Source: Salinispira sp. (lineage in GTDB: Bacteria; Spirochaetota; Spirochaetia; DSM-27196; Salinispiraceae). Taken from it: a stretch of 64,000 nucleotides of DNA. The stretch spans positions 96,001 to 160,000 of the forward strand of contig CBDDDG010000014.1 of assembly GCA_965226555.1 (NCBI GenBank), read 5' to 3'. How positions within the stretch are numbered: position 1 is the stretch's first letter; every line of letters starts with the position of its first letter. Under the pieces are notes generated by a model. It ran no database searches. It had not been told where the DNA came from and saw nothing but the letters and a program-made list of their open reading frames with translations. This document shows, in pieces, positions 9,633 to 19,889 of this stretch. The translations under genes were made by a program, and so were the position numbers.

Positions 9633-9757
9633 AAAGTTTTGCATTTTGCAAAACTTCATATATATTTGTTTTTTGGGATATAAAATGCTATGCTTATTAA
9701 TACAGATTATGTATAAGAAAGTTTTACTGCTGAAAATTGTGCTTTGCAAAACTTTCT
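9633..9757. repeat. Two degenerate palindrome-family hairpins upstream of msrA
   Basis: AAAGTTTTGC-ATTTT-GCAAAACTT (9633-9656) and AAAGTTTT..GAAAATTGTGC..GCAAAACTTTC (9718-9757). Confidence 0.7.
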
Positions 9758-9779
9758 ATAACTGTTGAGGAGACATAAA

Positions 9780-10472
9780 ATGAAGAAAATAAAGTTTTTT
9801 CTGGCACTTTGTATAGTATCCGGCATTATGTTCGGAACAGCGCAGGTGTCTGCATTGGGAACAAGGGAAAATCAAATTCCTGAAGATACTTCGGGAAATA
9901 ATTCAGGAGATACTATGGAGATTACGGGCAATTATGAAATTGCGACACTTGGCGGAGGCTGCTTTTGGTGTGTAGAGGCGGTATATGAACCCATTGCGGG
10001 TGTTTTCCGAGCCGTTTCCGGATACTCGGGCGGTACCATACCGAATCCCACCTATGAGCAGGTTACCAGCGGGCGAAGCGGACATGCTGAAGTTGTTCAG
10101 CTCTATTATGATCCTGAGAAAATAGAATATGAACAGGTGCTCAAGCTATTCTTCAAAGCTCATAACCCAACAACTCTGAACCGGCAGGGCTACGATGTCG
10201 GAACCCAATATCGTTCAATTATTCTTACTCACTCCGATGAGCAGAAACAAATTGCCGAAAACCTTATTCTCAAAGAACAGAACGATTGGCCGAACCCAAT
10301 TGTAACAGCGGTAGAACCCTTTCAGGCCTTTTATGAAGCGGAAGAATATCATCAGAATTTTTACGCGAACAATCCCGATTATGGCTACTGCGCTGCAGTT
10401 ATCCGCCCCAAGTTGGAGAAATTAGGACTCGAAGAGGGAGAAAAAATCGACGTCCTAGAACTTAAGTTATAA
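9780..10472 (+). CDS. msrA: Peptide methionine sulfoxide reductase A with N-terminal signal peptide
   Basis: GGCFWCVE, GYSGG..NPTYEQV, GHAEVV, RQG.DVGTQYRS, AEEYHQ; SD GAGGAG. Confidence 0.95.
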   Translation: MKKIKFFLALCIVSGIMFGTAQVSALGTRENQIPEDTSGNNSGDTMEITGNYEIATLGGGCFWCVEAVYEPIAGVFRAVSGYSGGTIPNPTYEQVTSGRSGHAEVVQLYYDPEKIEYEQVLKLFFKAHNPTTLNRQGYDVGTQYRSIILTHSDEQKQIAENLILKEQNDWPNPIVTAVEPFQAFYEAEEYHQNFYANNPDYGYCAAVIRPKLEKLGLEEGEKIDVLELKL

Positions 10473-10525
10473 ATAAATTTTCATATTGGCTTGTCACTGC
10501 ATATGTTTTTAGTGTATAGTCTGGT

Positions 10526-12808
10526 ATGGTTAAGCTTGTCGATATACAGAATGTAAACACGAATATGAATTCGAAGTCAGGATCAGAAACAAGGTTTGAA
10601 ATTCCTGAATGTATTGTAAAACGGAATGGCGAAAAGCAGTCATTTGATGCAACGCGTATTACGCATGCCATAAAGAAATGTTTTCAGAGCATAGGAAATA
10701 CCTCTGGAACAAGTCTTCAGAAACTTACCGATCTCGTTATAAATGTTGTCGCAGTTAAGTATACCATTCCAACGGTTGAAGATGTTCAGGATATTGTTGA
10801 AATGATTCTTCAGGCAGCAGGAGAATATGAAGCGGCGAAGGCCTATATTCTGTACCGGGCATCGCATGCCGAAATTCGTCGTAATCGTCCGGTTCCCGAT
10901 GAGGTTCAGGCTGCCTTTGAGGCCTCCGATAAGTATTTTCCGACCCAACTTCAGAAATTTCAATTCTACGATAAGTACAGCCGCTTCAGTTATGAAAATG
11001 GGCGCCGTGAAACCTGGATAGAAACAGTACAGCGCGCTATCAATTATCTCCGGGAACTCAGCGATAACAAGCTTTCTGAATTTGACTATCAGCGTTTATA
11101 TCGGGGCATTCTCGATATGAAGGTTATGCCTTCAATGCGCCTGCTTGCCATGGCCGGCGAGCCTGCGAGAAGAAACAACATCGCTATTTATAACTGTTCG
11201 TATCTTCCGGTCGACAGTATCGATTCCTTTGTTGAAGCCCTCATTATTTCCATGAGCGGCTGCGGAGTAGGGTTTTCTGTTGAACGGAAATATGTAGAAC
11301 AAATGCCCAGAATTACGCGCCAGACAGGCAAAAAAAGACCGGTGCATGTGGTTGAAGATACCTCCGAAGGCTGGGCCGATGCCCTCCGCTGCGGGCTCAA
11401 AACATGGTTTGCGGGAGACGATATCGACTTCGACTATTCAAAGATACGCCATGCCGGTGTTCCCCTGAAGATAAAGGGCGGAAGAGCCAGCGGCCCCGAG
11501 CCCCTGCGCCAAATGCTGCTCTTTTCCCGTGGACGTACTCTGGCGCGGCAGGGACGCTTTATGACGAGTCTCGATGCGCACGACATTATGTGTTCTGTGG
11601 GAGGCGCCGCAGTTTCAGGCGGTGTACGGCGTACAGCAATGATCAGCCTCTTCGATTACGACGATACCGAAATGCGACAATGCAAAGATGGCGATTTCTG
11701 GCTTAAAAACAGTCAGCGCTGGAATGCAAACAATTCGGCTGTCTGGCCCGATCGGGAACTGAGCCAGGAAGAAGTTGCCCATTTTGTATTGAATATGGTC
11801 AACTCGGGTCGGGGAGAGCCGGGAGTATTTAATCGGCGCGCGGCAGTACAGAGCCGTCCCGACCGCCGTTCAATCAGCGAGTTTGGAACCAACCCCTGCG
11901 GTGAAATTATTCTTCGTCCATATCAGTTTTGTAATTTGAGTTCCGTAATTGCGCGTGCCAATGATACCTTTGAAATGCTCAAGGAAAAAATAGTTCTTGC
12001 CTCTATTCTGGGAACCATTCAAAGCCTTGCCGCGAATTTCCCCGGCTTACGGCCGGTCTGGAGTAAGAACTGTGAAGAAGAGCGATTGCTCGGGGTTGAT
12101 CTGAATGGGCAAATGGATAGTGCGCTTGCCCAGGATCCTGACGTACAGAGTCGTTTACGCTATGTAGCGGTGGAAACTAACCGTATATATGCAAAGAAGC
12201 TGGGAATACGGCAAAGCGCTGCGGTTACTGCTGTTAAACCCTCAGGGAACTCAAGCCAACTTCTCAATAGTTCATCCGGCATCCACCCCCGATGGGCTCC
12301 CTATTATGTGCGGAATGTCCGTGTCGGCGCCCACACTCCTATTTACCGTGTTTTGAAGGATGCCGGGGTTCCCATGGATCCTGAAAATGGTCAGAGCGCA
12401 GCCGATGCGAGTACTTGGGTAGCGCATTTTCCGGTTAAGAGTCCGGAAAATTCTACCACCCGATCTGACCGATCTGCCAGAGAACAGTGTGAGTATTGGC
12501 TGCAGAATAAAATACATTATACCGAACACAATCCAAGCATAACTATTACATACAAACCCGATGAGGTAATTGATCTCATTCGCTGGATATGGGACCATCA
12601 GGAAAAAATAGGCGGCATGGCGTTTCTGCCGGACACCGATGCGCAGTATGAACAGATGCCCTATGAAGAAATTGATCATACGCAGTATCAGGAATTGTAC
12701 GGGAATTTTCCCCATATCGATTTTGCAAAAATTTACCGCTATGAGGAATCCGACCTCACGACAGCCGCTCAGGAATTTGCATGTCTGGCGGGAAGCTGCG
12801 ATATTTGA
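10526..12808 (+). CDS. nrdJ: Class II (B12-dependent, monomeric RTPR-type) ribonucleotide reductase with N-terminal ATP cone
   Basis: VKRNG...FD..RI ATP cone, YNCS, GGRASGPEPL, TNPCGEI.L, VKPSG, C-terminal C..GSC. Confidence 0.9.
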   Translation: MVKLVDIQNVNTNMNSKSGSETRFEIPECIVKRNGEKQSFDATRITHAIKKCFQSIGNTSGTSLQKLTDLVINVVAVKYTIPTVEDVQDIVEMILQAAGEYEAAKAYILYRASHAEIRRNRPVPDEVQAAFEASDKYFPTQLQKFQFYDKYSRFSYENGRRETWIETVQRAINYLRELSDNKLSEFDYQRLYRGILDMKVMPSMRLLAMAGEPARRNNIAIYNCSYLPVDSIDSFVEALIISMSGCGVGFSVERKYVEQMPRITRQTGKKRPVHVVEDTSEGWADALRCGLKTWFAGDDIDFDYSKIRHAGVPLKIKGGRASGPEPLRQMLLFSRGRTLARQGRFMTSLDAHDIMCSVGGAAVSGGVRRTAMISLFDYDDTEMRQCKDGDFWLKNSQRWNANNSAVWPDRELSQEEVAHFVLNMVNSGRGEPGVFNRRAAVQSRPDRRSISEFGTNPCGEIILRPYQFCNLSSVIARANDTFEMLKEKIVLASILGTIQSLAANFPGLRPVWSKNCEEERLLGVDLNGQMDSALAQDPDVQSRLRYVAVETNRIYAKKLGIRQSAAVTAVKPSGNSSQLLNSSSGIHPRWAPYYVRNVRVGAHTPIYRVLKDAGVPMDPENGQSAADASTWVAHFPVKSPENSTTRSDRSAREQCEYWLQNKIHYTEHNPSITITYKPDEVIDLIRWIWDHQEKIGGMAFLPDTDAQYEQMPYEEIDHTQYQELYGNFPHIDFAKIYRYEESDLTTAAQEFACLAGSCDI

Positions 12809-12851
12809 AGAACTCCAGCGCAGTTCGATCCGCAGAGAACCGGCACAGTGA

Positions 12852-13301
12852 TCAGGTATTCTCAACATCGAAGAGAATCTGGTACTCTTCTGAACTGAGT
12901 ATATCCTTGTCATTGTTTTTCTGCTCATCTGTGGTCAATATATCATCGAGCTTCATCATATCGGTTTTCTGACTGACAATGATCTGGGCAAAGCGGCTTT
13001 CATATTGCTTCAGATACTGCGCAAAGGGAAAAACCATCCCCCGTATATCATCAAGAAGAAAAACAAGATCCCGTTTTACCAAATAAAGATTCCTCACATA
13101 TTGTCCGGTATCTATTGAGTGTATATCCCCATCAAGTTGTTCCATAATATTTTTCAATGTTCTGTCAACAAACATAATATCTTCCATTATCTTGTCGAGA
13201 AAAAAATCTGAGTCTATATTCAGACTGCAGCCCTGCCGAATAGTCCGAATAATTAGCGCAGTGTAGAAAATATCCGCATCAAAATGAACATCTTTATTCA
13301 C
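12852..13301 (-). CDS. Hypothetical protein (149 aa)
   Basis: Clean ORF with GAGGT SD; no motif recognised. Confidence 0.65.
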   Translation of the reverse strand: MNKDVHFDADIFYTALIIRTIRQGCSLNIDSDFFLDKIMEDIMFVDRTLKNIMEQLDGDIHSIDTGQYVRNLYLVKRDLVFLLDDIRGMVFPFAQYLKQYESRFAQIIVSQKTDMMKLDDILTTDEQKNNDKDILSSEEYQILFDVENT

Positions 13302-13379
13302 AGACCTACCTCAGATGACACTATACACGAAAATCATATGTGTGGGTAGTCACAGATACATCGGATATACCAAAATTAG

Positions 13380-13408
13380 TTGACAGAGATCGGCAATTTT
13401 TCTACAAT
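13380..13408 (+). promoter_or_regulatory. Sigma70-like promoter
   Basis: TTGACA (13380-13385), 17 nt, TACAAT (13403-13408), 9 nt before ATG 13418. Confidence 0.6.
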
Positions 13409-13417
13409 TCATACCTC

Positions 13418-14587
13418 ATGGACATTTCTGCCTTTGATTTCAGGCAATATTTCCGCTTCGTATGGGCTTCCCTCCTGTGGATGCCGGACACCCGCTATCG
13501 GAGTCATAAAATGCACATGATCTGGTGCCTTATGTCATTGTCTGTCTATCCAATGTTTTTGTGCTTGACGTGGCTATTGTTTTTTGTTGATGATATTTTC
13601 CGCCCCTCTGTAAGAAGGCAGAAAATTGACCAGCCGCTTTTCATTGTCGGGAACTTTCGCTGCGGATCGACCTTTCTCCAACGCCTCCTTGCCCGCGATG
13701 CTGCGAATTTTTCTTCCTGCTCAGGATGGGAAGTAATGTTTGTTCCATCTTTTTCCGGCCGCCAGTTCATACAGGGGATATTCATTGTCGATAGATTGAT
13801 CGGAAGTCCGCTTCGATATCTTGTCGCAAAATTTGAACAAAAGATGATTCGTACGGACAACATCCACAAGGTCGCGCTGAGAGAACCCGAGGAAGATGAA
13901 AGTTTATTCATACCTGCTTTCACCTCTGCCTTTCTCATGTTCATAAGCCCCGATCCGAAATTATTCAGGGAATATTATACCTTTGATACACATATCCCCC
14001 CCCGTAAAAGAATGAAGAACCTCCAGTATTATGAAGCCTGTGTGAAAAGGCACATGCGCTTTCATCGGAAATCCCGTCATTATCTTTCCAAGAGTCCAAC
14101 CTTCACCATGCGTTGCCTGAGCCTCAGGCGGCAGTTTCCCGATGCCCGCTTTATTTACCTGCTCCGGAATCCGCTGGATCTTATTCCCTCGCTTATGACC
14201 TGGTTCAGTCAGAACTGGTCTGCCCTGCAAAAAAAGGATGCGCGCTACCCTCATTGGGATTTTGTCATGGATTTCGTAAAATGCTGGTATATTGATTCTC
14301 TTGAAATACTTTCAGGGTTTTCAGATGAGCAGGTAATGTTTGTAATGTACGATGATCTTGTTTCTTCGCCGCTTGATACTCTCACATCGATCTATTCATG
14401 GCTCAACATCGAATTATCGGAAGATTTTCAAAAATATATCCTGCAGACCCAGAAGAGGAATGTAAAGGGCTGGAAAGAGGGAAGGTATAGGACAGATGAT
14501 ATTGATTTTTCACAGATCAGGGAAGTTCTTGCCCCGGTTTTCAAACGGTTTTCGTTCGATCTCCGCGGTAAGTATGAAAATATATGA
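13418..14587 (+). CDS. PAPS-dependent sulfotransferase family protein with N-terminal membrane segment
   Basis: PLFIVGNFRCGSTFLQRLL (5'-PSB loop), EPEEDE, LSKSP, FPDARFIYLLRNP...S (3'-PB), YDDLV..P. Confidence 0.85.
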   Translation: MDISAFDFRQYFRFVWASLLWMPDTRYRSHKMHMIWCLMSLSVYPMFLCLTWLLFFVDDIFRPSVRRQKIDQPLFIVGNFRCGSTFLQRLLARDAANFSSCSGWEVMFVPSFSGRQFIQGIFIVDRLIGSPLRYLVAKFEQKMIRTDNIHKVALREPEEDESLFIPAFTSAFLMFISPDPKLFREYYTFDTHIPPRKRMKNLQYYEACVKRHMRFHRKSRHYLSKSPTFTMRCLSLRRQFPDARFIYLLRNPLDLIPSLMTWFSQNWSALQKKDARYPHWDFVMDFVKCWYIDSLEILSGFSDEQVMFVMYDDLVSSPLDTLTSIYSWLNIELSEDFQKYILQTQKRNVKGWKEGRYRTDDIDFSQIREVLAPVFKRFSFDLRGKYENI

Positions 14588-14611
14588 AATGTGCGCAACG
14601 TGCAAATAGCT

Positions 14612-14665
14612 GAAATTTTTGCATTGGAAAAGTGTGCTTGCACAATTTCCAGCAGCAAAAGTTTC
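14612..14665 (-). repeat. Stand-alone long palindrome
   Basis: GAAATTTTTGCATTGGAAAAGTGTGC-TT-GCACAATTTCCAGCAGCAAAAGTTTC. Confidence 0.85.
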
Positions 14666-14711
14666 TGTAAAATGAAAGAGCTTTTTCTCAAAGAATAAGG
14701 AGGAAAATAGT

Positions 14712-15176
14712 ATGATTTTAACAGTGTTGTTAAATGCGGGTATTATTATTGCGGCCTTTGCCGGTATGGAGTTTATTGCATGGTTTACCCATAAATATAT
14801 TATGCATGGGTTTTTGTGGGTACTGCATAAGGATCATCATGTTCCCCATAAGGGGAAATTTGAATTGAACGATCTCTTTGTTCTCTGGTTTACCGTGCCG
14901 GCGGTACTTGCGTTTATATTTGGTATTCGAAATACAATATGGCCGCTTATCTCTCTGGGAATCGGCATAACCCTCTATGGTATTTCCTATACACTTTTTC
15001 ACGATGTCATGTTTCATCGCAGAATTAAATGGCTCAAAATTCCATCGAAAAGCCCCTATTTCAAACGAATTATCAATGCGCACCGCGCTCATCACAAGAC
15101 CACAAAACAGTACCCGACCGAGGCCTTCGGCTTCCTGTGGGCGCCCAAACGCTACGAAGAAAAAACCAAGCAATAA
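14712..15176 (+). CDS. crtZ: Beta-carotene hydroxylase (CrtZ / fatty-acid hydroxylase superfamily)
   Basis: ME..AW.THKYIMHG.LW.LHKDHH, FELNDLF, Y.LFHD..FHRR, AHRAHH, FGFLW His boxes; SD AAGGAGG. Confidence 0.85.
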   Translation: MILTVLLNAGIIIAAFAGMEFIAWFTHKYIMHGFLWVLHKDHHVPHKGKFELNDLFVLWFTVPAVLAFIFGIRNTIWPLISLGIGITLYGISYTLFHDVMFHRRIKWLKIPSKSPYFKRIINAHRAHHKTTKQYPTEAFGFLWAPKRYEEKTKQ

Positions 15177-15187
15177 AAAAGAAGGCG

Positions 15188-15320
15188 CCGGGCGGGCAGC
15201 CCATGCGGGCAACAGCCGCCGAGTGCCGGGGCGGGCAGCCCATGCGGGCAACAGGCTCCGAGTGCCGGGGCGGGCAGCCAAGGAGGCACGGGCGAGCCGG
15301 ATGCCTGAGTGCGCCGCGCT
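15188..15320. repeat. GC-rich ~39-bp tandem repeat related to the type C unit, between convergent genes
   Basis: GGGCGGGCAGCCCATGCGGGCAACAG..CCGAGTGCCG twice plus a partial copy; GGGCGAGCCGGATGC is the reverse complement of 49084-49098. Confidence 0.7.
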
Positions 15321-15332
15321 GAACTTCAGGCA

Positions 15333-16874
15333 TTATTCCTGAATAAATATTTCCCTCTGAAATGTGGTGTCGAAGTCATCCCGCAAATTTTCAGGCGATG
15401 AAAATGTGCGCTGCATTTCAGCAAGAAGATAGTCCTGCGCAAGATAGGGGATGTATAATTGGTGAAAGGTATTTTCTTCGTTTGGGGCGGCGGCTTCCTT
15501 GTAGCGGACAACGACAATACTTTCCTGCAACTCAATAGCATCGGTAAGTTCGCCGACATTGAGTGAAAACAAACCGGTAAATAAAGACTGCCGTGTTGAA
15601 GTGCCCGCAAGCAGACCGGAGCTTGCGCTCTCAAGAGTGGGAAAAACAGGAATGTCACCATAGTTCACGCTTATGGCATCTGTTGTTGTTGACGGAATGT
15701 TAGAACTCGCTGCAGCACTCGTCCAATCGGTTTCTTCAGCCAGAAGAATAAAGCGTTCTGCCTGAATACGGAAATAATCGGAAATTCGCCCACGATCAAA
15801 GGAAAGAGTATAGTTTCTGACCTGATTCACAAGTTCGGGATCGGCAAAATCTGCCTGCATTGTGGCGGAATCTGCCCGGTAAATTGTATATTTCTCATTT
15901 CGGATTTGGAAGATATCACTTATTTCACCCTCTTCAAGGGCAAAGAGAATGTCAACAGCCTGCTCATCTGCAAAATCGCGACGGATATCATAATACCACA
16001 CTGTTTCCCGCGCTCCTCCCGCTGAGGCATATATATCGGTACTGCTGCTGCCTGCCAGATCTTCAAAATTGCTTTCACGATTGTTCAGGCGGGAAAGTAT
16101 CTGCGCTGCCTCATCGGGTGAATTGAGAGTGATGGATGAGAGTTCCTTACTTTGAAAAAGGCTGGTGTTTTCTGCAAGATATTTCTCAAGCTCGGAATTG
16201 GGATAGTCGGTGAAGGAAAAGCTCACTATTTCAAAGATCCGTCTGTCATTTCCAATATCACTAATGAACTGAATTTCTGCTTCACTGAGGCTGCTGTTCG
16301 CAACAATATCGTCATGTACTTTTTCAGCGAGAATATCCTTAAATGTTTCTTCCTGTAATCCGGGTTCGCTGGCGAGTGCTCTGCGGAGATATTCGGCTGA
16401 GAAATTCCCCCCATCATCCCGAAAGCGGGGAGCGTTTGTAAATGTATCGGTAACTTCTTCCACTGAAGCGTGCATCCCCGTTTCCTCAGCGAGGTGGAGT
16501 AATCCAAGGCGAAAGACGGCAGCATCGAATGCATCCTTCATGCTTGAGTAAATATCCTGTATTCCAAGATTCCTGCCGGACTGCTGAGCCTCTTCCTGAG
16601 CCTGCTGATACTGGGATTCATACACTCTCGCAAAATATGTTCCTGCTGCATATTCAATTTTGCTTCCCCTATAGGTACCGAATACCAGCGAATTATTGCC
16701 GATAGTTCCGCCAAGAACAGGGCCGAGAATAAATGCGACAACAACAACCACAAGAATTATTATCGACAGAACATACAGCCCCGGCCGCTGCATTGCAGCA
16801 GTTTTGACCGATGGTTCCTTGCGCGTGGCTTTCTTTTCAGAAGAATCTGTCTTTTTCTTTAAAAACATAAACAT
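15333..16874 (-). CDS. Membrane-anchored SurA/PpiD-like peptidyl-prolyl isomerase chaperone
   Basis: N-terminal TM helix, FGTYRG..I.Y, parvulin-like FEDLA..SS.D...GG and GEISD. Confidence 0.7.
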   Translation of the reverse strand: MFMFLKKKTDSSEKKATRKEPSVKTAAMQRPGLYVLSIIILVVVVVAFILGPVLGGTIGNNSLVFGTYRGSKIEYAAGTYFARVYESQYQQAQEEAQQSGRNLGIQDIYSSMKDAFDAAVFRLGLLHLAEETGMHASVEEVTDTFTNAPRFRDDGGNFSAEYLRRALASEPGLQEETFKDILAEKVHDDIVANSSLSEAEIQFISDIGNDRRIFEIVSFSFTDYPNSELEKYLAENTSLFQSKELSSITLNSPDEAAQILSRLNNRESNFEDLAGSSSTDIYASAGGARETVWYYDIRRDFADEQAVDILFALEEGEISDIFQIRNEKYTIYRADSATMQADFADPELVNQVRNYTLSFDRGRISDYFRIQAERFILLAEETDWTSAAASSNIPSTTTDAISVNYGDIPVFPTLESASSGLLAGTSTRQSLFTGLFSLNVGELTDAIELQESIVVVRYKEAAAPNEENTFHQLYIPYLAQDYLLAEMQRTFSSPENLRDDFDTTFQREIFIQE

Positions 16875-16961
16875 AATCTATAATCTATCATATACATTAT
16901 GCCTTGACAAGGCTATCAGTATTTTGGCATATTGATTTTATTCACAATATTGAGGGATTTT

Positions 16962-17555
16962 ATGGAAGTACAACTGCAGGATCTTCTTGCAGCCATCAAA
17001 AAAGATGGTGTCGACAGTGCCGAAACAGAAAAAACGGCAATTATCACACAGGCCGAAGAGCAGGCCGAAGATATTATTACAGCAGCACGGAAGCAGGCCG
17101 ATACGCTCAGAGATACAGCGAAACAGGATGCTGCCATGTTTGAACGTTCCGCAACGGAAGCGGTTAATCAGGCAGGGCGGGATCTGCTTATTTCGGTGCA
17201 AAAAGCCCTTCAGAATTCCTTTGACCACATTCTCACATCAACAATTTCAGAGCATTTCTCAGGCGATGCGCTTACCGAAGGTATAGTAGCCGTTGTAAAA
17301 GCATTCAACAGTACCGGCGAGTTGGAACTTCCTGAGGAAAGTCTCCGAACAATCGAAACAAATCTGAAGGCCCGCCTCGGCGCGGAAATAAAAGCGGGGC
17401 TAAAAATACAGGGAAAAAATCTTCCTGAAGGCGGTTTTATTCTGAGAGAAGATGGGGGAAGGGCATATTACGATTTTTCAAGCCGCAGTATTGCGGAGGT
17501 AATACGGTCACGGCTCAGTCAGAACATTGCAGATCTCATCGACCTGAAAGAATAA
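16962..17555 (+). CDS. atpE: V-type ATP synthase subunit E
   Basis: MEVQLQDLL..IKKDGV..AE, YYDFS; first gene of operon. Confidence 0.85.
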   Translation: MEVQLQDLLAAIKKDGVDSAETEKTAIITQAEEQAEDIITAARKQADTLRDTAKQDAAMFERSATEAVNQAGRDLLISVQKALQNSFDHILTSTISEHFSGDALTEGIVAVVKAFNSTGELELPEESLRTIETNLKARLGAEIKAGLKIQGKNLPEGGFILREDGGRAYYDFSSRSIAEVIRSRLSQNIADLIDLKE

Positions 17556-17563
17556 CGAAATAC

Positions 17564-18130
17564 ATGAGTTCATATTATTATATTCTTGCCAGCCTTCCAC
17601 ACCTCACTTTTGAGAGCGAGCATATTCCGGAACCGGCGGTTTTTCTTGATCTCTGCCGACTGTTTCTCTCGGAAAGCGATATGCGGATTGTCGAATCGGC
17701 GACACTTTATCCCCATGCGGAAGCTCCGGCGGAAACTGCGGCAGTTCCTCTGCTTGAAAAATTCCGGCACTGGGAAATAGGGCTGAGAAATGAGCTGGCA
17801 AAACAGCGTTCTCAAATCCTTAACCGTGAAGCGGCGATCCGCCTTAACGATGAAGGAAGCGATTGTACTGCGGTATCGGGACTCGCGGACAGTGTGAAAT
17901 TGATCATGCAGTCTGCAACACCCCTTGAGGCCGACATCGGGCTTGACCGCCTCCGCTGGCAGTACCTCGATGAACTCGGCAGCGGTCACTATTTTAATGT
18001 ACAGCAGCTTATTGTATATTATCTGCGCGTGCGCATCCGCATCCGCAGAGATCGACTCACTGCCGATTCCGGTATAGCAGCATATAATGAACAGATGAAT
18101 GGAGTACGGAATGAAAAAAGTTACGGGTAA
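17564..18130 (+). CDS. DUF2764 protein (V-ATPase subunit C-like)
   Basis: YYYILASLP.L, WE..LRNELA..R, LD.LRW..LDEL..GHYFN; operon position. Confidence 0.8.
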   Translation: MSSYYYILASLPHLTFESEHIPEPAVFLDLCRLFLSESDMRIVESATLYPHAEAPAETAAVPLLEKFRHWEIGLRNELAKQRSQILNREAAIRLNDEGSDCTAVSGLADSVKLIMQSATPLEADIGLDRLRWQYLDELGSGHYFNVQQLIVYYLRVRIRIRRDRLTADSGIAAYNEQMNGVRNEKSYG

Positions 18131-19889
18131 GGTTTTTGCGGTAAACGGAAATATGGTATCCGTTGAAGTGGACGGCGATGTTGCGCTCAATGAAATTGCC
18201 TATATTTCTACAAAGGGAAGGGAGCTTAAGTCGGAGGTCATCAGGATACGCGGAAATAAGGTGGAACTTCAGGTATTTGAAATTACCCGAGGTATTTCTG
18301 TCGGGAACGATGTAACATTCTCCCATGAGCTGCTCACAGTTGAGCTCGGTCCGGGTTTGCTGAGCCAGGTCTACGATGGATTACAGAATCCGCTTCCCCG
18401 TCTGGCTGAGCAATGCGGGTTTTTTCTGGATAGAGGCGTATATCTTCACGCGCTTGATCATGAAAAACACTGGCAATTTACCCCAATGGCAAAGGTCGGC
18501 GATGTGGTCGAAAAAGCATCGGTGCTTGGCTCTGTGCCGGAGGGATTGTTCGAACATCATATTATGGTACCCTTTTATCTTCAGGAAGAGTATAGGGTTT
18601 CAGAAATTGTTCCTGCGGGAGAATATACTGTTGATCAGCAAATTGCGGCAATTGAAGACAGCAGGGGTAACACCATCCCAATTACCATGAAATTTGAGTG
18701 GCCGGTAAAACGGGCAATTACGGTATATGAGCAGAGACTCAAACCGCTTGAACAAATGGTGTCCAAGGTTCGCATTATAGACACCTTTCTTCCCATTGCC
18801 CGCGGCGGAACCTACTGTGTTCCTGGTCCCTTTGGCGCTGGTAAAACCGTACTGCAGCAAGTTACCAGCCGTAATGCCGATGTTGATATTGTTATTATTG
18901 CCGCCTGCGGTGAACGCGCCGGCGAGGTTGTGGAAACACTTCGGGAATTCCCGGAACTCACCGATCCGCGCACCGGTAAAACCCTTATGGACCGTACCAT
19001 CATTATTTGTAATACCAGCTCAATGCCCGTAGCAGCGCGTGAAGCTTCGGTGTACACGGCAGTTACCCTTGCGGAATATTACCGGCAGATGGGCCTTCAT
19101 ATCCTTCTTCTTGCCGACTCCACAAGCCGTTGGGCTCAGGCCATGCGGGAAATGTCCGGCCGCTTAGAAGAAATTCCCGGAGAAGAAGCCTTTCCGGCAT
19201 ATTTGGAATCGCTCATTGCCGCCTTCTATGAGCGCGCGGGGCTTGTGCTGCTCAAGGGAGGAAACACCGGATCGGTTACCATTGGCGGAACAGTGAGCCC
19301 GGCCGGAGGCAACTTTGAGGAACCGGTAACCCAGGCCACCCTTAAGGTTGTGGGCGCCTTTCACGGATTAAGCAGGGATCGGGCAAATGCCCGAAAATAC
19401 CCCGCCATTAACCCTCTGGAAAGTTGGAGCAAGTACACAGGAACTGTGGATGCGGAAAAAACAGAATATGCCCGGCGCATGTACTTTCGCGGCGATGAGG
19501 TCAGCCAGATGATCAAGGTTGTCGGCGAGGAGGGAACAGGCCTCGACGACTATCTTGTCTATCTCAAGGCAGATTTTATTGATAGCGTTTACCTACAGCA
19601 GGATAGCTTTGATCCCATTGACGCCTCGGTGAGCGCAGAACGGCAGCGGCATATCTTCGACATTCTCCTCGAAATTATTACCGGAACCTACGATTTTACC
19701 GATCAGAAAAGCGCCCGCGATTTCTTTACTCACATAAAACAATTTTTTCGGGATTATAACGGTACCCGTTGGATGTGCGATGAGTTTAAAGATGCCGAAA
19801 AGAAGGTTATTGAAATGTATTCAAAACACAGAACAGGTACCCTTCCCGATGCGGAAATGATCACTCAAGGGGAAGAGACTCATGTATAA
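18111..19889 (+). CDS. atpA: V-type ATP synthase subunit A
   Basis: [11 protein letters not shown]alker [35 protein letters not shown]. Confidence 0.97.
   Translation: MKKVTGKVFAVNGNMVSVEVDGDVALNEIAYISTKGRELKSEVIRIRGNKVELQVFEITRGISVGNDVTFSHELLTVELGPGLLSQVYDGLQNPLPRLAEQCGFFLDRGVYLHALDHEKHWQFTPMAKVGDVVEKASVLGSVPEGLFEHHIMVPFYLQEEYRVSEIVPAGEYTVDQQIAAIEDSRGNTIPITMKFEWPVKRAITVYEQRLKPLEQMVSKVRIIDTFLPIARGGTYCVPGPFGAGKTVLQQVTSRNADVDIVIIAACGERAGEVVETLREFPELTDPRTGKTLMDRTIIICNTSSMPVAAREASVYTAVTLAEYYRQMGLHILLLADSTSRWAQAMREMSGRLEEIPGEEAFPAYLESLIAAFYERAGLVLLKGGNTGSVTIGGTVSPAGGNFEEPVTQATLKVVGAFHGLSRDRANARKYPAINPLESWSKYTGTVDAEKTEYARRMYFRGDEVSQMIKVVGEEGTGLDDYLVYLKADFIDSVYLQQDSFDPIDASVSAERQRHIFDILLEIITGTYDFTDQKSARDFFTHIKQFFRDYNGTRWMCDEFKDAEKKVIEMYSKHRTGTLPDAEMITQGEETHV

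Noticed and set aside
10473..10565. Cobalamin riboswitch or NrdR boxes before nrdJ
   Set aside because: The gap is too short for a riboswitch and I see no convincing NrdR-box match.
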